Notes: generated by a model from the sequence alone, not told the origin. Counted from the stretch's first letter, positions 1 to 11,632 are shown. The stretch: 64,000 nucleotides of DNA from an uncultured cyanobacterium (GCA_963744145.1 CAVUSO010000001.1:544001-608000); one strand, 5' to 3'. Numbers and translations: made by a program.

Positions 1-1414
1 CCAATCCCAAAAAGCCAAAAATGTACTCCGTCACTATCAAATTAAAGCTTGTAGCACAATTCTCTGTACTGGTCGTGCTGTGGGGGAAATGATTGGTCAA
101 GGTCAAGCGCGATTAATTCTGGATGAGAGTAAAATGGACTTATTCCAATCGGGAGAAGTTTTGGTGACTAAACGCACTGATCCAGATTGGGAACCGATTA
201 TGAAGAAAGCTAGTGCGATCGTCACAGACCAAGGTGGACGGACTTGTCACGCAGCAATTATTGCTCGGGAAATGGGAATTCCAGCAATTGTTGGTTGTGG
301 AAATGCGACCCAATTATTAAAAACTGGTCAAGAGGTAACTATTTCTTGTGCTGAAGGTGATGAAGGGAAAATTTATGAAGGTTTATTACCTTTTGACATC
401 GAAGAAACTCCTTTAGAAAATATTCCCCGCACCCGGACTAAGATCTTGATGAATGTGGGTAATCCAGAGGAAGCTTTTAGTCTATCAGCGATTCCCTGCG
501 ATGGGATTGGGTTAGCTCGCTTAGAATTTATTATTGCCAATCACATTCAAGCGCATCCGCTAGCATTGCTTCACTTTGACAAAATTGATGATGAATCAGT
601 GAAGGATAAGATTGACAAACTAACGGCTCAGTATGAATATAAGCCAGATTTCTTTACTGATAAAGTCGCCCATGGGATCGCCAAGATTGCAGCAGCATTT
701 TACCCTAAACCAGTAGTGGTGCGTTTATCTGACTTTAAGACTAATGAATACGCTAATCTGCTGGGTGGGAAACAGTTTGAACCAAAAGAAGAAAATCCGA
801 TGATTGGTTGGCGGGGTGCTTCTCGCTATTATGATCCAAAATATCGTGATGCTTTTGCGCTGGAATGTAAAGCATTAAAACGGGTCAGAGATGACATGGG
901 TTTAACAAATGTGATTCCGATGATTCCTTTCTGTCGAACTCCGGATGAAGGTCGTAAGGTGTTATCCCAGATGTCACTTAATGGTCTAGAACGTGGTAAG
1001 AATGGTTTGCAAGTCTATGTGATGTGTGAGTTACCCAGTAATGTAATTTTAGCCGATGAGTTTGCTCAGGTGTTTGATGGATTTTCGATCGGCTCTAATG
1101 ATTTGACTCAATTAACACTGGGTTTAGATCGGGATTCAGCTTTAGTTGCTCATATTTTTGATGAACGGAATGAAGCAGTCAAGCGGATGGTTCAAGTCGC
1201 GATCGCTTCAGCTAAGAAATATGGTCGCAAGATTGGGATTTGCGGTCAAGCTCCTAGTGATTATCCTGAGTTTGCTCGGTTTTTAGTTGAGTTGGGGATT
1301 GATTCGATTAGTTTGAATCCTGATTCGGTGCTAAAGACAACTCTTGATATTGCTTTGGTGGAGGAATCTAATTCAACTTTGAAGACTATTCTGGATGTGG
1401 CTAAAGCGAATTAG
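1..1414 (+). CDS. ppsA: Phosphoenolpyruvate synthase, 5'-truncated by the window edge
   Basis: Frame is open from position 2. Motifs GGRTCHAAIIARE (phospho-His), GWRGASRY, FSIGSNDLTQ, GICGQAPSD. Confidence 0.96.
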   Translation, partial: QSQKAKNVLRHYQIKACSTILCTGRAVGEMIGQGQARLILDESKMDLFQSGEVLVTKRTDPDWEPIMKKASAIVTDQGGRTCHAAIIAREMGIPAIVGCGNATQLLKTGQEVTISCAEGDEGKIYEGLLPFDIEETPLENIPRTRTKILMNVGNPEEAFSLSAIPCDGIGLARLEFIIANHIQAHPLALLHFDKIDDESVKDKIDKLTAQYEYKPDFFTDKVAHGIAKIAAAFYPKPVVVRLSDFKTNEYANLLGGKQFEPKEENPMIGWRGASRYYDPKYRDAFALECKALKRVRDDMGLTNVIPMIPFCRTPDEGRKVLSQMSLNGLERGKNGLQVYVMCELPSNVILADEFAQVFDGFSIGSNDLTQLTLGLDRDSALVAHIFDERNEAVKRMVQVAIASAKKYGRKIGICGQAPSDYPEFARFLVELGIDSISLNPDSVLKTTLDIALVEESNSTLKTILDVAKAN

Positions 1415-1447
1415 AGTTTTTCCTTCTAAGATTGTTAGTTAATTGTC

Positions 1448-1478
1448 ATGCTTCAGTGTAATGCACTGAAGCATTTTT
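1448..1478 (+). terminator. Likely intrinsic terminator of ppsA
   Basis: 11-bp perfect stem ATGCTTCAGTG/CACTGAAGCAT, 5-nt loop, then a T-run, just downstream of the stop. Confidence 0.7.
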
Positions 1479-1909
1479 GTGTGATCAGCCAATCCAGTTC
1501 AGTTAGAGAATAAAATATATTATTTTCTATGTATGTCGCTGCGGTAAGAGCGCTGAAGCGCAACTACATACCTAGAGCAACACTCATCAGATTAATTTCG
1601 CACTCATTGGTAAAAATTGCTGATCAGCATATATAGTATTTTGGTGATGCACTAATGGATCTACTTTTCCATCTATAGGTAAAAACACGATGTTGATAGA
1701 ATAACCAAATAATAACTAGGGTAAATCATGATCATTATGAGCATAAAAATTAATCAACTATATATATATATTGCTATGATTGACTAAATGGGAAAGCAAT
1801 CAGTCATGGGAGAGGTGAGAGCCGATCGCTTTAAACTGAGCGGTTAGTATTCAATTTCTAGTTTAGTCTTGGGATTAAATAGCTAAATAGCTGGGTCAGT
1901 AGCGAAATT

Positions 1910-4675
1910 ATGGAAGAAAATTATCCTTTAGCAATTCCGGACATTACCTCAGAGGATTGGACATCAACACCAGGTAGTGTCAAAAATCTGGTAGAACTGC
2001 TATTAGCACAAAGCAGAAAAGATGACGTTTTATTAACGACCAGAGAAAATTTGTTAAATCGCTGTCTAGATGCTTTACCGATCGGAGTTTATATCCATAA
2101 TTGTAGTGGACAATTAATCTACCTTAACCAAGCTGGCAAAAATCTGCTAGGAATTAGAGAAGTGTCAGTAAAAGAAACGGAGGATTTTACCGCAAAATTT
2201 CAAATATATTGTGACCGCACTAAAGAATTATATCCAACTGGTAAATTACCAATTCTGACAACTAAATTAGGTGAAAATTTTCAAGCTGATGATTGGGAAA
2301 TTCATCGAGAAGATCGGATAATTACTATAGAAGTTTGGGGAGCCAAGATCGATGATGTAAAGAGTAAAAATTATTACACGATCGCGGTATTTCAAGATAT
2401 TAATGAGCGCAAACAGACCGAGAAAGCATTAAGAGAAAGTCAGTATTTAATTGAGAAGATTACTAATACTACTCCCAATCTACTCTATATTTACGATCAG
2501 ATTGAACAGCGCAATGTCTACATAAACTATGCTGTAGCCGAATTACTGGGTTATTCACCTCAAACTGTAGTAGAAATGGGTGCTAATTTATTTCCTACTA
2601 TTTGTCATCCAGAAGATCTAAATCGAGTTTATGAGGCAATTCAACAGTGTACGAACTTATCAGACCATGAATTTGTTGAACTAGAATATCGGGTCAGAGA
2701 TGCTCAAGGGAAATGGCGGTGGTTGCACACTAGAGATACTGTATTTACGAGAACGGCTGATGGTAGAGTGAAACAAACTCTGGGTACTTCACAGGATATC
2801 ACTGATCATAAATTAGCCGAACAAGCATTAAAACAGAATATGGAGCAAGCTCAAGTAATTAATCGAGTCGTGCAAACTATTCGTCAATCTTTAGATCTAC
2901 CGACAATTCTCCATACTACTACCAGGGAAATTGCTCAACTTCTAGAATTAGAAGAAGCCGCGATCATTCAATATTTACCAGAACGTAAATGCTGGTTATT
3001 TATTGCTGATTATCAGCAAAATCCACAAGTAGCAAACCGGATTGGTGTGGAAATTCCTAGTGAGAACAACCCTATATCCGAGCAACTCAAACGGATGGAA
3101 ATAGTCAAAGTAGTTGATACTAATACTTTGACCGATGAAGTTAACCAGAAAATTGCTCAAGCAATACCCGGAGCATGGTTATTAGTACCAGTGATTGTTG
3201 AGAATAAAGTTTGGGGTGTTGTGGGTCTAGTTAATCACCAAAAAATTTCTGTCTGGGAAGATGAAAAGGTGGAATTGGTGCGCTTGTTAGCAGACCAACT
3301 AGCGATCGCTATCCATCAGTCTGAACTTTATAGTCAGGTACAGCAACTTAATAGTAACCTGGAACAACAAGTCCGAGAAAGGACAGCTCAATTACATCAA
3401 GTCCTTAATTTTGAAGCATTAGTCAGACGGATTACAGATAAAGTCCGGGATAGTTTGGATGAGTCCCAAATCCTGCAAACTGTAGTCCAGGAGTTGGGGA
3501 TTGATTTAGGAGTAGAATGCTGTGATGTGGGTATTTATAATCCAGACCAAACAACCGTAAAAGTTGCCTATGAATATAATCAAACTGGGCAATCTGTGCA
3601 AGGATCTGTAGTGGAAATCGTTAATTCTGTTGGTGCTGATATTTATGCTTTACTACTGAAGAAAAATTATTGTCAGTTCTGCTTAATTGTTGGTGATAGT
3701 CTTCGACGTAATGATTTTCCCCAGACGATTCTAGCTTGTCCGATTTATGATAATGAGGGAATTTTAGGAGACTTATGGTTATTTCGCAGAAAAGAAGAAA
3801 GCTTTAACGAGTTAGAAATTCGGTTAGTTCAGCAAATTGCTAATCAATGTGCGATCGCGCTGAGACAATCTCGTTTATATCAAGCAGTCCAGCTTCAAGT
3901 GCAAGAATTAGAAAGACTAAATCAACTAAAAGATGATTTCCTTTGTAGCGTTTCTCATGAATTACGGACACCAATGTCTAATATCAAGATGTCTACTCAG
4001 ATGCTAGAAATTACTTTAAATTCTTTGGGAGTATTTACCAATCAATCCTATCCAATTGTTAACTATTTTAAAATTCTCCAAACTGAAATTGAGCGGGAGA
4101 TTAGATTAATCAACGATTTGCTGGATATGGCTCGTCTAGATGGTGGTACAGATCCGATCAATCTGACGAAAATTTCCCTGCAAATTTTTATTCCTTATAT
4201 TGCTGAACCATTTATGGAAAGGATGCGGAAGCAACAACAACAATTACAAATCCATATTCCCGAAAATCTCCCATTATTAAATACTGATATGTCTTATTTA
4301 GAGCGGATTTTGTCTGAACTTTTGGACAATGCTTGTAAATATACTCCGAGCGGGGAGACTATCACTTTATCAGCTCAATTCATCCCTAATACATTAAATA
4401 TTTTTGTGAGTAACTCTGGGGTAGAAATTTCTCCAGTCGAGTGCGATCGCATTTTCGATAAATTCTACCGGATTCCTAATCATGATCCTTGGAAGTATGG
4501 AGGAACTGGATTAGGATTAGCACTGGTCAAAAAATTGACCGAACAGTTAGGAGCTAAAATTAAGGTTAATAGTAGTTTTGGTGAAATTAAATTTACTTTA
4601 GAATTTACCGATTGTCTGAGTTCGAGCGAAACTGAGAAAGCGATTAGAGGCGTTGCTGATTTACGGTATGAATAA
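1910..4675 (+). CDS. PAS-PAS-GAF-GAF sensor histidine kinase
   Basis: PAS/PAC motifs (HPEDL, EYRVRD..GKWRW), two GAF-like segments, H-box SHELRTP, N-box NACKYT, G-box GGTGLGL. Confidence 0.9.
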   Translation: MEENYPLAIPDITSEDWTSTPGSVKNLVELLLAQSRKDDVLLTTRENLLNRCLDALPIGVYIHNCSGQLIYLNQAGKNLLGIREVSVKETEDFTAKFQIYCDRTKELYPTGKLPILTTKLGENFQADDWEIHREDRIITIEVWGAKIDDVKSKNYYTIAVFQDINERKQTEKALRESQYLIEKITNTTPNLLYIYDQIEQRNVYINYAVAELLGYSPQTVVEMGANLFPTICHPEDLNRVYEAIQQCTNLSDHEFVELEYRVRDAQGKWRWLHTRDTVFTRTADGRVKQTLGTSQDITDHKLAEQALKQNMEQAQVINRVVQTIRQSLDLPTILHTTTREIAQLLELEEAAIIQYLPERKCWLFIADYQQNPQVANRIGVEIPSENNPISEQLKRMEIVKVVDTNTLTDEVNQKIAQAIPGAWLLVPVIVENKVWGVVGLVNHQKISVWEDEKVELVRLLADQLAIAIHQSELYSQVQQLNSNLEQQVRERTAQLHQVLNFEALVRRITDKVRDSLDESQILQTVVQELGIDLGVECCDVGIYNPDQTTVKVAYEYNQTGQSVQGSVVEIVNSVGADIYALLLKKNYCQFCLIVGDSLRRNDFPQTILACPIYDNEGILGDLWLFRRKEESFNELEIRLVQQIANQCAIALRQSRLYQAVQLQVQELERLNQLKDDFLCSVSHELRTPMSNIKMSTQMLEITLNSLGVFTNQSYPIVNYFKILQTEIEREIRLINDLLDMARLDGGTDPINLTKISLQIFIPYIAEPFMERMRKQQQQLQIHIPENLPLLNTDMSYLERILSELLDNACKYTPSGETITLSAQFIPNTLNIFVSNSGVEISPVECDRIFDKFYRIPNHDPWKYGGTGLGLALVKKLTEQLGAKIKVNSSFGEIKFTLEFTDCLSSSETEKAIRGVADLRYE

Positions 4676-4739
4676 ATAATTTGTAGGGGCGTATGGCCAT
4701 ACGCCCCGATTGATTTTCATACCCTGATTAAGCAACGTC
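4649..4739. mobile_element. MITE with 8-bp target-site duplication and internal REP-like hairpin
   Basis: Imperfect TIRs GGCGTTGCTGATTTACGGTATGAA / TTCATACCCTGATTAAGCAACGTC. CGATTAGA at both 4641-4648 and 4740-4747. Internal GTAGGGGCGTATGGCCATACGCCCC. Confidence 0.75.
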
Positions 4740-4756
4740 CGATTAGAGATATTGAC

Positions 4757-4832
4757 GAAGAAGGGTGAAGCATTCGGGTATAGTATCACTCGTTTGAGCG
4801 TTCAATTGTCGCCCGAATGCTTCACCCCTACA
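4757..4832. repeat. REP-like long hairpin, family A copy 1
   Basis: GGGTGAAGCATTCGGG...CCCGAATGCTTCACCC-CTAC. Near-identical copies at 22119-22194 and 24554-24630. Confidence 0.85.
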
Positions 4833-4833
4833 A

Positions 4834-6420
4834 TTAACCTTCAGCGCTCTTAGTGTTCAGATTGTTGTGGTAACTAACATCTGCTGCTTGAACAGGAATT
4901 TGCTTGCTCACCAATGGTTTTTGTAACATGGGAGTTTTAGCAATAGAATTATTAGCTAAAGTCAATAAGGGATTAGACAAAATCCCTGCTAGAGTAGTAG
5001 CGATAAAAGTCAGAACTAGACTGACTTGTAATGGTCTCATCCCAGATAAATTCCAGCTAATTTCTGGATAATTTTTCACCGCATCAGACATTTCGTGAGG
5101 TTCTTTAACTACCATCATTTTCACGACTCGGATGTAGTAGTAAATGGAAATGACACTGGTAATTAAACCAAGCAAAACTAAACCATAAATTTGGGCTTGC
5201 CAACCTGCCCAAAATAGATAAATTTTAGCAAAGAATCCTGCTAAAGGAGGAATCCCACCGAGGGAAAGTAAAGAAATACTCAGACATAAGGTGAGGAGAG
5301 GATCTTTTTGATAAAGACCAGCGTATTCGCTGATTTGATCGGTGCCCGTTCTGAGGGTGAACAAAATAACACAAATAAAACCACCTAAGTTCATAAATAA
5401 ATAAACTAGGAGGTAAAAGATGATACTTGAATAACCAGCATCGCTACCAGCAAGTAAGCCAATCATCACAAATCCGGCTTGACCGATCGATGAATAAGCT
5501 AACATCCGTTTCATGCTTGTTTGCGCTAGAGCTACAACATTACCTAAGATCATACTCAGGATAGCTAAAGCTGTGAAGACAAAGTGCCACTGAGGACTGA
5601 CGAGAGGAAATACGGTAATGAGGAGACGAATTGCTAGAGCAAAACCAGCAGCTTTGGAACCTACTGAAAGGAAAGCTACAACGGGAGTTGGTGAACCTTC
5701 ATAAACATCTGGAGTCCATTGATGGAAGGGAACAGCAGAAATTTTGAAAGCGATTCCTGCGATCGCAAATACCAGAGCAATAACTAAAGCTAGGGATTGT
5801 CCCGCATTAGCATTAGCAATTCCCGTCGCGATCGCATCTAAGTTAGTTTCACCACCAGATAATCCATAGAGGAGGGAAACTCCATAGAGGAAAACTGCTG
5901 AACTCGAAGCACCAATCAACAGATATTTTAAAGCAGCTTCATTGGAACGTGGATCGCGCTTGGTATAACCAGTGAGCAGGTAAGAGGAAATACTGAGAGT
6001 TTCTAAGGAGACAAAAATCACCACTAACTCATTCGCACCAGATAGGAACATTGCTCCTAATGTGGCACAGAGTAAGATCATGATGAATTCAGCTAAAGCA
6101 GTTCCTGTTTGTTCGATATAGGTGATCGACATTAAAATTGTCACCACCGTACAGAGGAGGATGATCCCGCGAAACACGAGACTGAGAGCGTCACTGTTAA
6201 ATCCACCTAAAAATGAGATGGTGTTAGTGTTATCCCATTGGAGGTACAGGGGGATGATCGCTACTAACAAACCGGCGATCGCGACATAAGGGACTAACCG
6301 TGCGGCAGATCTTCCTAAAATCAGATCTGTGATGATTATTCCCACTAGGGTAATGATGACAAAGCCCTCGGGCCAAATTGTACCCGCATTGAGCTGGGCT
6401 ACAAGACTAGCAAAATCCAT
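4834..6420 (-). CDS. ndhB: NAD(P)H-quinone oxidoreductase subunit 2 (NDH-1)
   Basis: Hydrophobic, with motifs [50 protein letters not shown]. Confidence 0.96.
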   Translation of the reverse strand: MDFASLVAQLNAGTIWPEGFVIITLVGIIITDLILGRSAARLVPYVAIAGLLVAIIPLYLQWDNTNTISFLGGFNSDALSLVFRGIILLCTVVTILMSITYIEQTGTALAEFIMILLCATLGAMFLSGANELVVIFVSLETLSISSYLLTGYTKRDPRSNEAALKYLLIGASSSAVFLYGVSLLYGLSGGETNLDAIATGIANANAGQSLALVIALVFAIAGIAFKISAVPFHQWTPDVYEGSPTPVVAFLSVGSKAAGFALAIRLLITVFPLVSPQWHFVFTALAILSMILGNVVALAQTSMKRMLAYSSIGQAGFVMIGLLAGSDAGYSSIIFYLLVYLFMNLGGFICVILFTLRTGTDQISEYAGLYQKDPLLTLCLSISLLSLGGIPPLAGFFAKIYLFWAGWQAQIYGLVLLGLITSVISIYYYIRVVKMMVVKEPHEMSDAVKNYPEISWNLSGMRPLQVSLVLTFIATTLAGILSNPLLTLANNSIAKTPMLQKPLVSKQIPVQAADVSYHNNLNTKSAEG

Positions 6421-6516
6421 AGTTTTTGGGCAGAATAGGGGAGAACAAGCTGGTTAAAAATACTTTACAATACCGTATTTTACCCCCGATGTTCAATTCA
6501 CAGCATAAAACTTGAT

Positions 6517-6640
6517 TAGACAAGCAAGCAAAAGTCATGGTGAGCAATTTATTGGACAGGCAAGATGCCTGTCCCACAATAGTCTTTTTTGTTGTGGGAC
6601 AGGCATCTTGCCTGTCCTAATTATCTTTGCAAGAAGTCTA
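6517..6640. repeat. Palindromic element, family B copy 1 (MITE-like)
   Basis: GGACAGGCAAGATGCCTGTCCCACAA ... TTGTGGGACAGGCATCTTGCCTGTCC inside TAGAC...GTCTA ends. Related to 19252-19376. Confidence 0.75.
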
Positions 6641-6641
6641 T

Positions 6642-7937
6642 TTAGCTTTCCTGAGCAAATTCATTTGGATCTACACCCCAATTAGCCCAGCGAATTGCTT
6701 CACGAGCAGATTGAAGATAGGGTGGTACACGAACAGCATGAATATGTCCGGTGCTGGGACAAGTCATTTTTAATAAATAAATAGGTTCGATATCGATTTG
6801 ACTATTGATCCGCAAGAGAGTATACTCTCGCCAGCTATCGATCTCAATTGCTTGTAATTCCTGACAAATTCTGCCATAACCAATACCTTGAATTAAAACT
6901 CGTCTGAGTTCTGCATTCGGTTCTTCTAACAACCAGCGTGATTGCCATTGATGGGGATGCCAAACACCATATTTTTCTGGTAATCTAGTGCCATGATAGG
7001 CATAGAGTCGGTAGCCATCAGCAAAAAGAATGGCGGGTTCTCCGACGCGATGGAGACGATTTTCCTCATCAAAATGCAGTTCACGGGGTCGATCGCAAAC
7101 TAGACAAGCTTTTTCTAATTGGATTACCCAACCACAGGATTGAGTTAATAATTGTAAAGCTTCCCACCCAGAGCGATCGCAATCGCAATCTAACACCGAA
7201 ACACAAAAATCAATGCTATCGATCGAAAAAGCGAGAATATTTCTAATCAGATTCGATAATACCCCAATTCCCCCGACCAGCTGAAGCAAAGGTTGTCTCA
7301 ATTCCTGATCCCAGGTTTGGATCAATGGTTGAGTTGATAAAGGTTTCCAGACATTTTCTGCTAATTGCTCAGAGATGGGTTGACCTAAATTCATCCAGAA
7401 AAAATCACTAATTTGAGCAATAATTTCTCCTCCAGGTTGTTTCAGTAAGTGTTTACGGATTTCTACTTGTTGTTGTTCCCAGATTTGATTTAAAATTTGT
7501 TCTTGCCATTGCTGCCAAAATACCTCAGCTAGAAATTCGCGATTTTCACCAACTAAAGAATCTTGAAATATAAACATGAATAAATTAAACTGATTATTAA
7601 CACCTTCTGCTGCTAGTTTCTGCCAAATATTTGGATGTAATTGGGTTTGAATCTGTTCACAAATTTGCGGTGCTAAAGATTGTAATAGGGGAGCGCCTAG
7701 TTGCTGGGCTAATTTTTCGGGATTTTGGTGTACTAATAGTTGGGCGATTTCCCGAGGACTTTTAAAAAATAAAATTTCTGGTGTTTTTCTACCAATAACT
7801 TCATAAGCTTTTTTGACCGCTATTTCAGCTTCTTGACGATTAATCGGAGTAGTAGATAAAGCAATTTTTTGCCATTTTTGACGATAGATAGCGATCGCGG
7901 CTTCTTGTTCAGGAGTGAGGAATTCAATGGTTGACAT
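6642..7937 (-). CDS. DUF6745-like hypothetical protein
   Basis: C-terminal motifs RLH..GEPAI.FADG, NAELRRV, MTCPSTG..H..RVPP..SAREAI.W, which I associate with DUF6745. Confidence 0.7.
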   Translation of the reverse strand: MSTIEFLTPEQEAAIAIYRQKWQKIALSTTPINRQEAEIAVKKAYEVIGRKTPEILFFKSPREIAQLLVHQNPEKLAQQLGAPLLQSLAPQICEQIQTQLHPNIWQKLAAEGVNNQFNLFMFIFQDSLVGENREFLAEVFWQQWQEQILNQIWEQQQVEIRKHLLKQPGGEIIAQISDFFWMNLGQPISEQLAENVWKPLSTQPLIQTWDQELRQPLLQLVGGIGVLSNLIRNILAFSIDSIDFCVSVLDCDCDRSGWEALQLLTQSCGWVIQLEKACLVCDRPRELHFDEENRLHRVGEPAILFADGYRLYAYHGTRLPEKYGVWHPHQWQSRWLLEEPNAELRRVLIQGIGYGRICQELQAIEIDSWREYTLLRINSQIDIEPIYLLKMTCPSTGHIHAVRVPPYLQSAREAIRWANWGVDPNEFAQES

Positions 7938-8009
7938 AATGGTAATTCACCTAGTTAATCGCTAAAAATAGGAGCGAGCGATCGCTCGCCCTTACTTTAG
8001 TGCTTGATT

Positions 8010-8303
8010 TTAGTCAGCAATATAGCGCCATCCATCGGGTTCATACTCACGCTGAATCCTGACCATCCAATTACCCTGGGGAATATTAATCGCTTGATGT
8101 TCTTCGTGGGTTAAAACCGCAGCATCAGATAACACGCGTAAATATAATGTCCCATCCCGTTCATATAATTCCGCTTTACCGTCGCTGATCCGATGGGAAT
8201 GTCCAGTAACCTCACCTTGGGCTAAAGTCAAATGAGATAACTTATTTCCTTCAGTCTGCGGCACGGGTAGCAAAATTACGTCCCCTTGTCGAATTGGTAA
8301 CAT
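8010..8303 (-). CDS. Small His-rich conserved hypothetical protein, probable partner of the DUF6745-like gene
   Basis: Motifs RQGDV, GEVTGHSH, LTHEEH, RIQREY. Co-oriented, 72 bp upstream of the DUF6745-like gene. Confidence 0.75.
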   Translation of the reverse strand: MLPIRQGDVILLPVPQTEGNKLSHLTLAQGEVTGHSHRISDGKAELYERDGTLYLRVLSDAAVLTHEEHQAINIPQGNWMVRIQREYEPDGWRYIAD

Positions 8304-8587
8304 AGAATCTGCTCCAAATTTTGGTGATTATATATTAATTTTAGCAATTATAGACACAGATCGGGGGTGTTGGGGGCCTGAATTCAAGCTGGTAACCTGT
8401 TTTCTGACCCATCTGGCTGTTAATTGTTTTCAGTTTTCACAAATAAAACGTAATCCAGCAGAAATTCAGCTATAAGCTAAAAAAGTAAAGTAGCCTTCAT
8501 ATATGTAATTTTGATTCCCTACTTGACATTTGTCCAGAATTAACTACATTGGACTTTCGAGTCTAGCCGGTATCCTGTAAAGTTCCC

Positions 8588-11236
8588 ATGTCAACCCTTG
8601 TCATTGTCGAATCTCCTACCAAAGCTCGTACCATTCGTAACTTCCTCCCTTCTGACTACCGTGTGGAAGCTTCGATGGGTCATGTCCGTGATTTGCCACC
8701 TTCTGCTGAAGAAGTGCCGGAATCGGCTAAGGGCCAAAAGTGGGCTCAGTTGGGCGTAAATGTCGATGCTGACTTTGAACCCCTATATGTCATCCCCAAA
8801 GAAAAAAGAAAAATTGTTAAGGAACTTAAAGATGCCTTGAAAGAAGCCTCTGAGTTAATCCTAGCAACTGACGAAGATCGGGAAGGGGAAAGTATTAGTT
8901 GGCATTTACTCCAGCTTTTAGCTCCTAAAGTGCCCAGTAAGCGCATGGTTTTTCATGAAATTACTCAAGAAGCAATTCAGAAAGCGCTGCAAAACTGTCG
9001 CAAAATTGATGAAAAACTAGTCCACGCTCAAGAAACTAGAAGGATTTTAGATCGCTTAGTGGGATATACTCTGTCTCCCCTGTTATGGAAAAAAATTGCT
9101 GGTGGTTTATCTGCTGGAAGAGTCCAGTCGGTGGCTGTACGCTTGCTGGTGAAAAAAGAACGGGAGCGTCGTGCTTTTCGTCAAGGTAGTTATTGGGATT
9201 TAAAAGCCAGTTTGACCCAAGAAAAAATTGCCTTTGAGGCTCGCTTAGTGATCCTAGCAGGAATAAAGGTAGCTACTGGTAGTGATTTTGATGAATCTAC
9301 TGGTCAAATTGCGGCTGGTCGGAATGTGCGGTTATTAAGTGAAGCTGATAGTAGGAGTCTACAAGAAAGGTTGACTGGAAAGACTTGGACGGTGACGGAA
9401 ATTGATGAACGTCCAGTTACTCGCAAACCAGCTCCACCTTTTACTACTTCCACTCTCCAACAGGAAGCTAATCGGAAACTGAATTTATCTGCAAGAGAAA
9501 CTATGCGGATTGCTCAGAATTTGTATGAGCAAGGTTATATTACTTATATGCGGACCGATTCAGTCCATTTATCGGAACAAGCGATCGCCGCAGCTCGTGC
9601 TTGTGTAGCTGAAAAGTATGGTCAGGAATATCTGAGTCCGGAACCACGTCAGTATACAACTAAAAGTAAAGGTGCCCAAGAAGCTCACGAAGCAATTCGT
9701 CCTGCTGGTAATGTGTTCCGGATTCCTCAAGAAACGGGATTGGCTAGTCGCGAACTTCAACTCTATGATTTGATTTGGAAACGTACTGTTGCTAGTCAAA
9801 TGGCTGACGCTCGGCAAACTCATATTACAGTTAATCTGCAAGTTGAGGATGCGGTTTTTCGTTCTAGTGGTAAACGGATTAACTTCCCCGGTTTTTTACG
9901 TGCTTATGTGGAAGGATCGGATGACCCGAATGCAGCGATCGAAGATCAAGAGGTAATTTTACCTCAAATGAAAAAGGGCGATCGACCCAAATGTAACAAT
10001 TTAGAAGCGATCGGTCACGAAACTCAACCCCCCGCTCGTTATACAGAAGCATCTTTAGTCAAAACTTTAGAAAGTGAAGGGATTGGTCGTCCGAGTACCT
10101 ACGCGAGTATTATTGGGACAATTGTTGACCGTGGTTATGCTCAATTACTCAATAATGCCCTAATTCCTACTTTTACGGCTTTTGCAGTTACAGGTTTATT
10201 AGAGAAACATTTTCCTGATTTAGTCGATCTGAGTTTTACTTCCCGGATGGAACAAACCCTAGATGATATTTCTACGGGTGAGGTAGATTGGCTCCCTTAT
10301 TTGAAAAAATTTTACTTAGGTGAAACTGGATTAGAAACCCAAGTCAAGGAACAAGAAAGCCAAATTGATGCGATCGAAGCTCGGACGGTTGAATTAGAAA
10401 ACCTGAATGTGAAAGTCAGGATTGGCAAATTTGGTCCATATATTGAAGCAGAAAATGAGAATGGACCTGTAACTGCTTCTATTCCCAAGAATTTGACTCC
10501 TGCGGATTTAACACCAGAACAGGTAGAATTTTTACTGCGTCAAAAAACTGAAGGACCAGATAAATTAGGAATCCATTCGGAAACTGGGGAAAGTATTTAT
10601 ATAGTGATTGGTAGTTATGGTCCTTATGTGCAGTTAGGTGAAGTTTCTGAGACTAATAAGAAACCAAAACGAGCTAGTTTACCGAAAGGATTAACACCGG
10701 AAAATATCACTGTGGAAATCGCAGAGGGGTTGTTATCTTTACCCCGTAATTTAGGGTCTCACCCAGAAACTGGTGCAAAAGTTCAAGCTGGATTAGGACG
10801 TTTTGGTCCCTATGTGGTTCACGACCAAGGTAAGGAAGGTAAGGATTTTCGTTCTTTAAAATCTAGTGATGATGTATTGACAATTTCCCTAGAACGTGCA
10901 TTGGAATTATTAGCCGTACCTAAACCTGAAAGAGGAGGGAGGAATAAAACTAAGTCTAAAGCAGCTTTACGAGAAATGGGTCAACATCCAACGGATAATG
11001 AACCAATCAATATTTATGACGGTCCTTATGGTCCTTACATTAAACATGGAAAAACTAATGTTTCTATTCCTGAAGGACAATCAGTGGAAGATATTGCATT
11101 GGATACAGCGATCGAACTTTTAGCTGCTAAAGCTTCATCGGGAAAAAGTAAAAGTAAGTCTACCAAGGCAACTAAATCTAGCACTAAATCAGCTAGTTCA
11201 ACTACGAAAAAGACAACTAAAACTACTAATAAATAA
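8588..11236 (+). CDS. topA: DNA topoisomerase I (type IA)
   Basis: TOPRIM LVIVESP and [17 protein letters not shown], catalytic GYITYMRTD, Toprim C-terminal repeats (G.FGPY), Lys-rich tail. Confidence 0.97.
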   Translation: MSTLVIVESPTKARTIRNFLPSDYRVEASMGHVRDLPPSAEEVPESAKGQKWAQLGVNVDADFEPLYVIPKEKRKIVKELKDALKEASELILATDEDREGESISWHLLQLLAPKVPSKRMVFHEITQEAIQKALQNCRKIDEKLVHAQETRRILDRLVGYTLSPLLWKKIAGGLSAGRVQSVAVRLLVKKERERRAFRQGSYWDLKASLTQEKIAFEARLVILAGIKVATGSDFDESTGQIAAGRNVRLLSEADSRSLQERLTGKTWTVTEIDERPVTRKPAPPFTTSTLQQEANRKLNLSARETMRIAQNLYEQGYITYMRTDSVHLSEQAIAAARACVAEKYGQEYLSPEPRQYTTKSKGAQEAHEAIRPAGNVFRIPQETGLASRELQLYDLIWKRTVASQMADARQTHITVNLQVEDAVFRSSGKRINFPGFLRAYVEGSDDPNAAIEDQEVILPQMKKGDRPKCNNLEAIGHETQPPARYTEASLVKTLESEGIGRPSTYASIIGTIVDRGYAQLLNNALIPTFTAFAVTGLLEKHFPDLVDLSFTSRMEQTLDDISTGEVDWLPYLKKFYLGETGLETQVKEQESQIDAIEARTVELENLNVKVRIGKFGPYIEAENENGPVTASIPKNLTPADLTPEQVEFLLRQKTEGPDKLGIHSETGESIYIVIGSYGPYVQLGEVSETNKKPKRASLPKGLTPENITVEIAEGLLSLPRNLGSHPETGAKVQAGLGRFGPYVVHDQGKEGKDFRSLKSSDDVLTISLERALELLAVPKPERGGRNKTKSKAALREMGQHPTDNEPINIYDGPYGPYIKHGKTNVSIPEGQSVEDIALDTAIELLAAKASSGKSKSKSTKATKSSTKSASSTTKKTTKTTNK

Positions 11237-11260
11237 TAGGGGCGTAGCAATACGCTCCTG
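11237..11260. repeat. Short REP-like hairpin after the topA stop
   Basis: TAGGGGCGTAGCAATACGCTCCT, the same GTAGGGGCG-headed type as at 4683 and 38598. Confidence 0.5.
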
Positions 11261-11425
11261 AGCATAATTGTATCCATCGACGAAGCGCTAAATCTACATT
11301 TAGAGCAGGGTGAATCTATGTTATCTCTGCCTTTTACTGAATGGGGCGATCGTTAGTTGTTTTTTTATAATGATCTAAGGTTGCCTGGTTGAGTTAAAAT
11401 AAAATATCCTCAGATATTTTCAGAT

Positions 11426-11632
11426 ATGAACACAAAACTCATTGAATCCCTAGTACAAATCATTCAGGCACTTTCTGAAGAGGAGCAATTGCTCATCAAA
11501 GCAAAACTATTTAATCACATACCCTATCCTTCTACCGTGGAAATAACCCAGTTAGCCCAAAACGGAGGAGTATTTCAATTCCTGCAAGATGAACCGGATA
11601 TTTATACCCTTGAAGATGGAGAGCCAATTTAG
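11426..11632 (+). CDS. Small acidic protein, probable orphan antitoxin
   Basis: 68 aa ending DEPDIYTLEDGEPI, typical of small cyanobacterial TA partner proteins. An overlapping GTG ORF dies after 5 codons. Confidence 0.5.
   Translation: MNTKLIESLVQIIQALSEEEQLLIKAKLFNHIPYPSTVEITQLAQNGGVFQFLQDEPDIYTLEDGEPI

Noticed and set aside
2860-3900. Cyanobacteriochrome photoreceptor GAF domains
   Set aside because: No recognisable bilin-binding motifs (DxCF or CH) in either GAF.
1-11236. Inteins in ppsA or topA
   Set aside because: The visible coding regions are colinear with normal proteins and show no intein-sized insertions.
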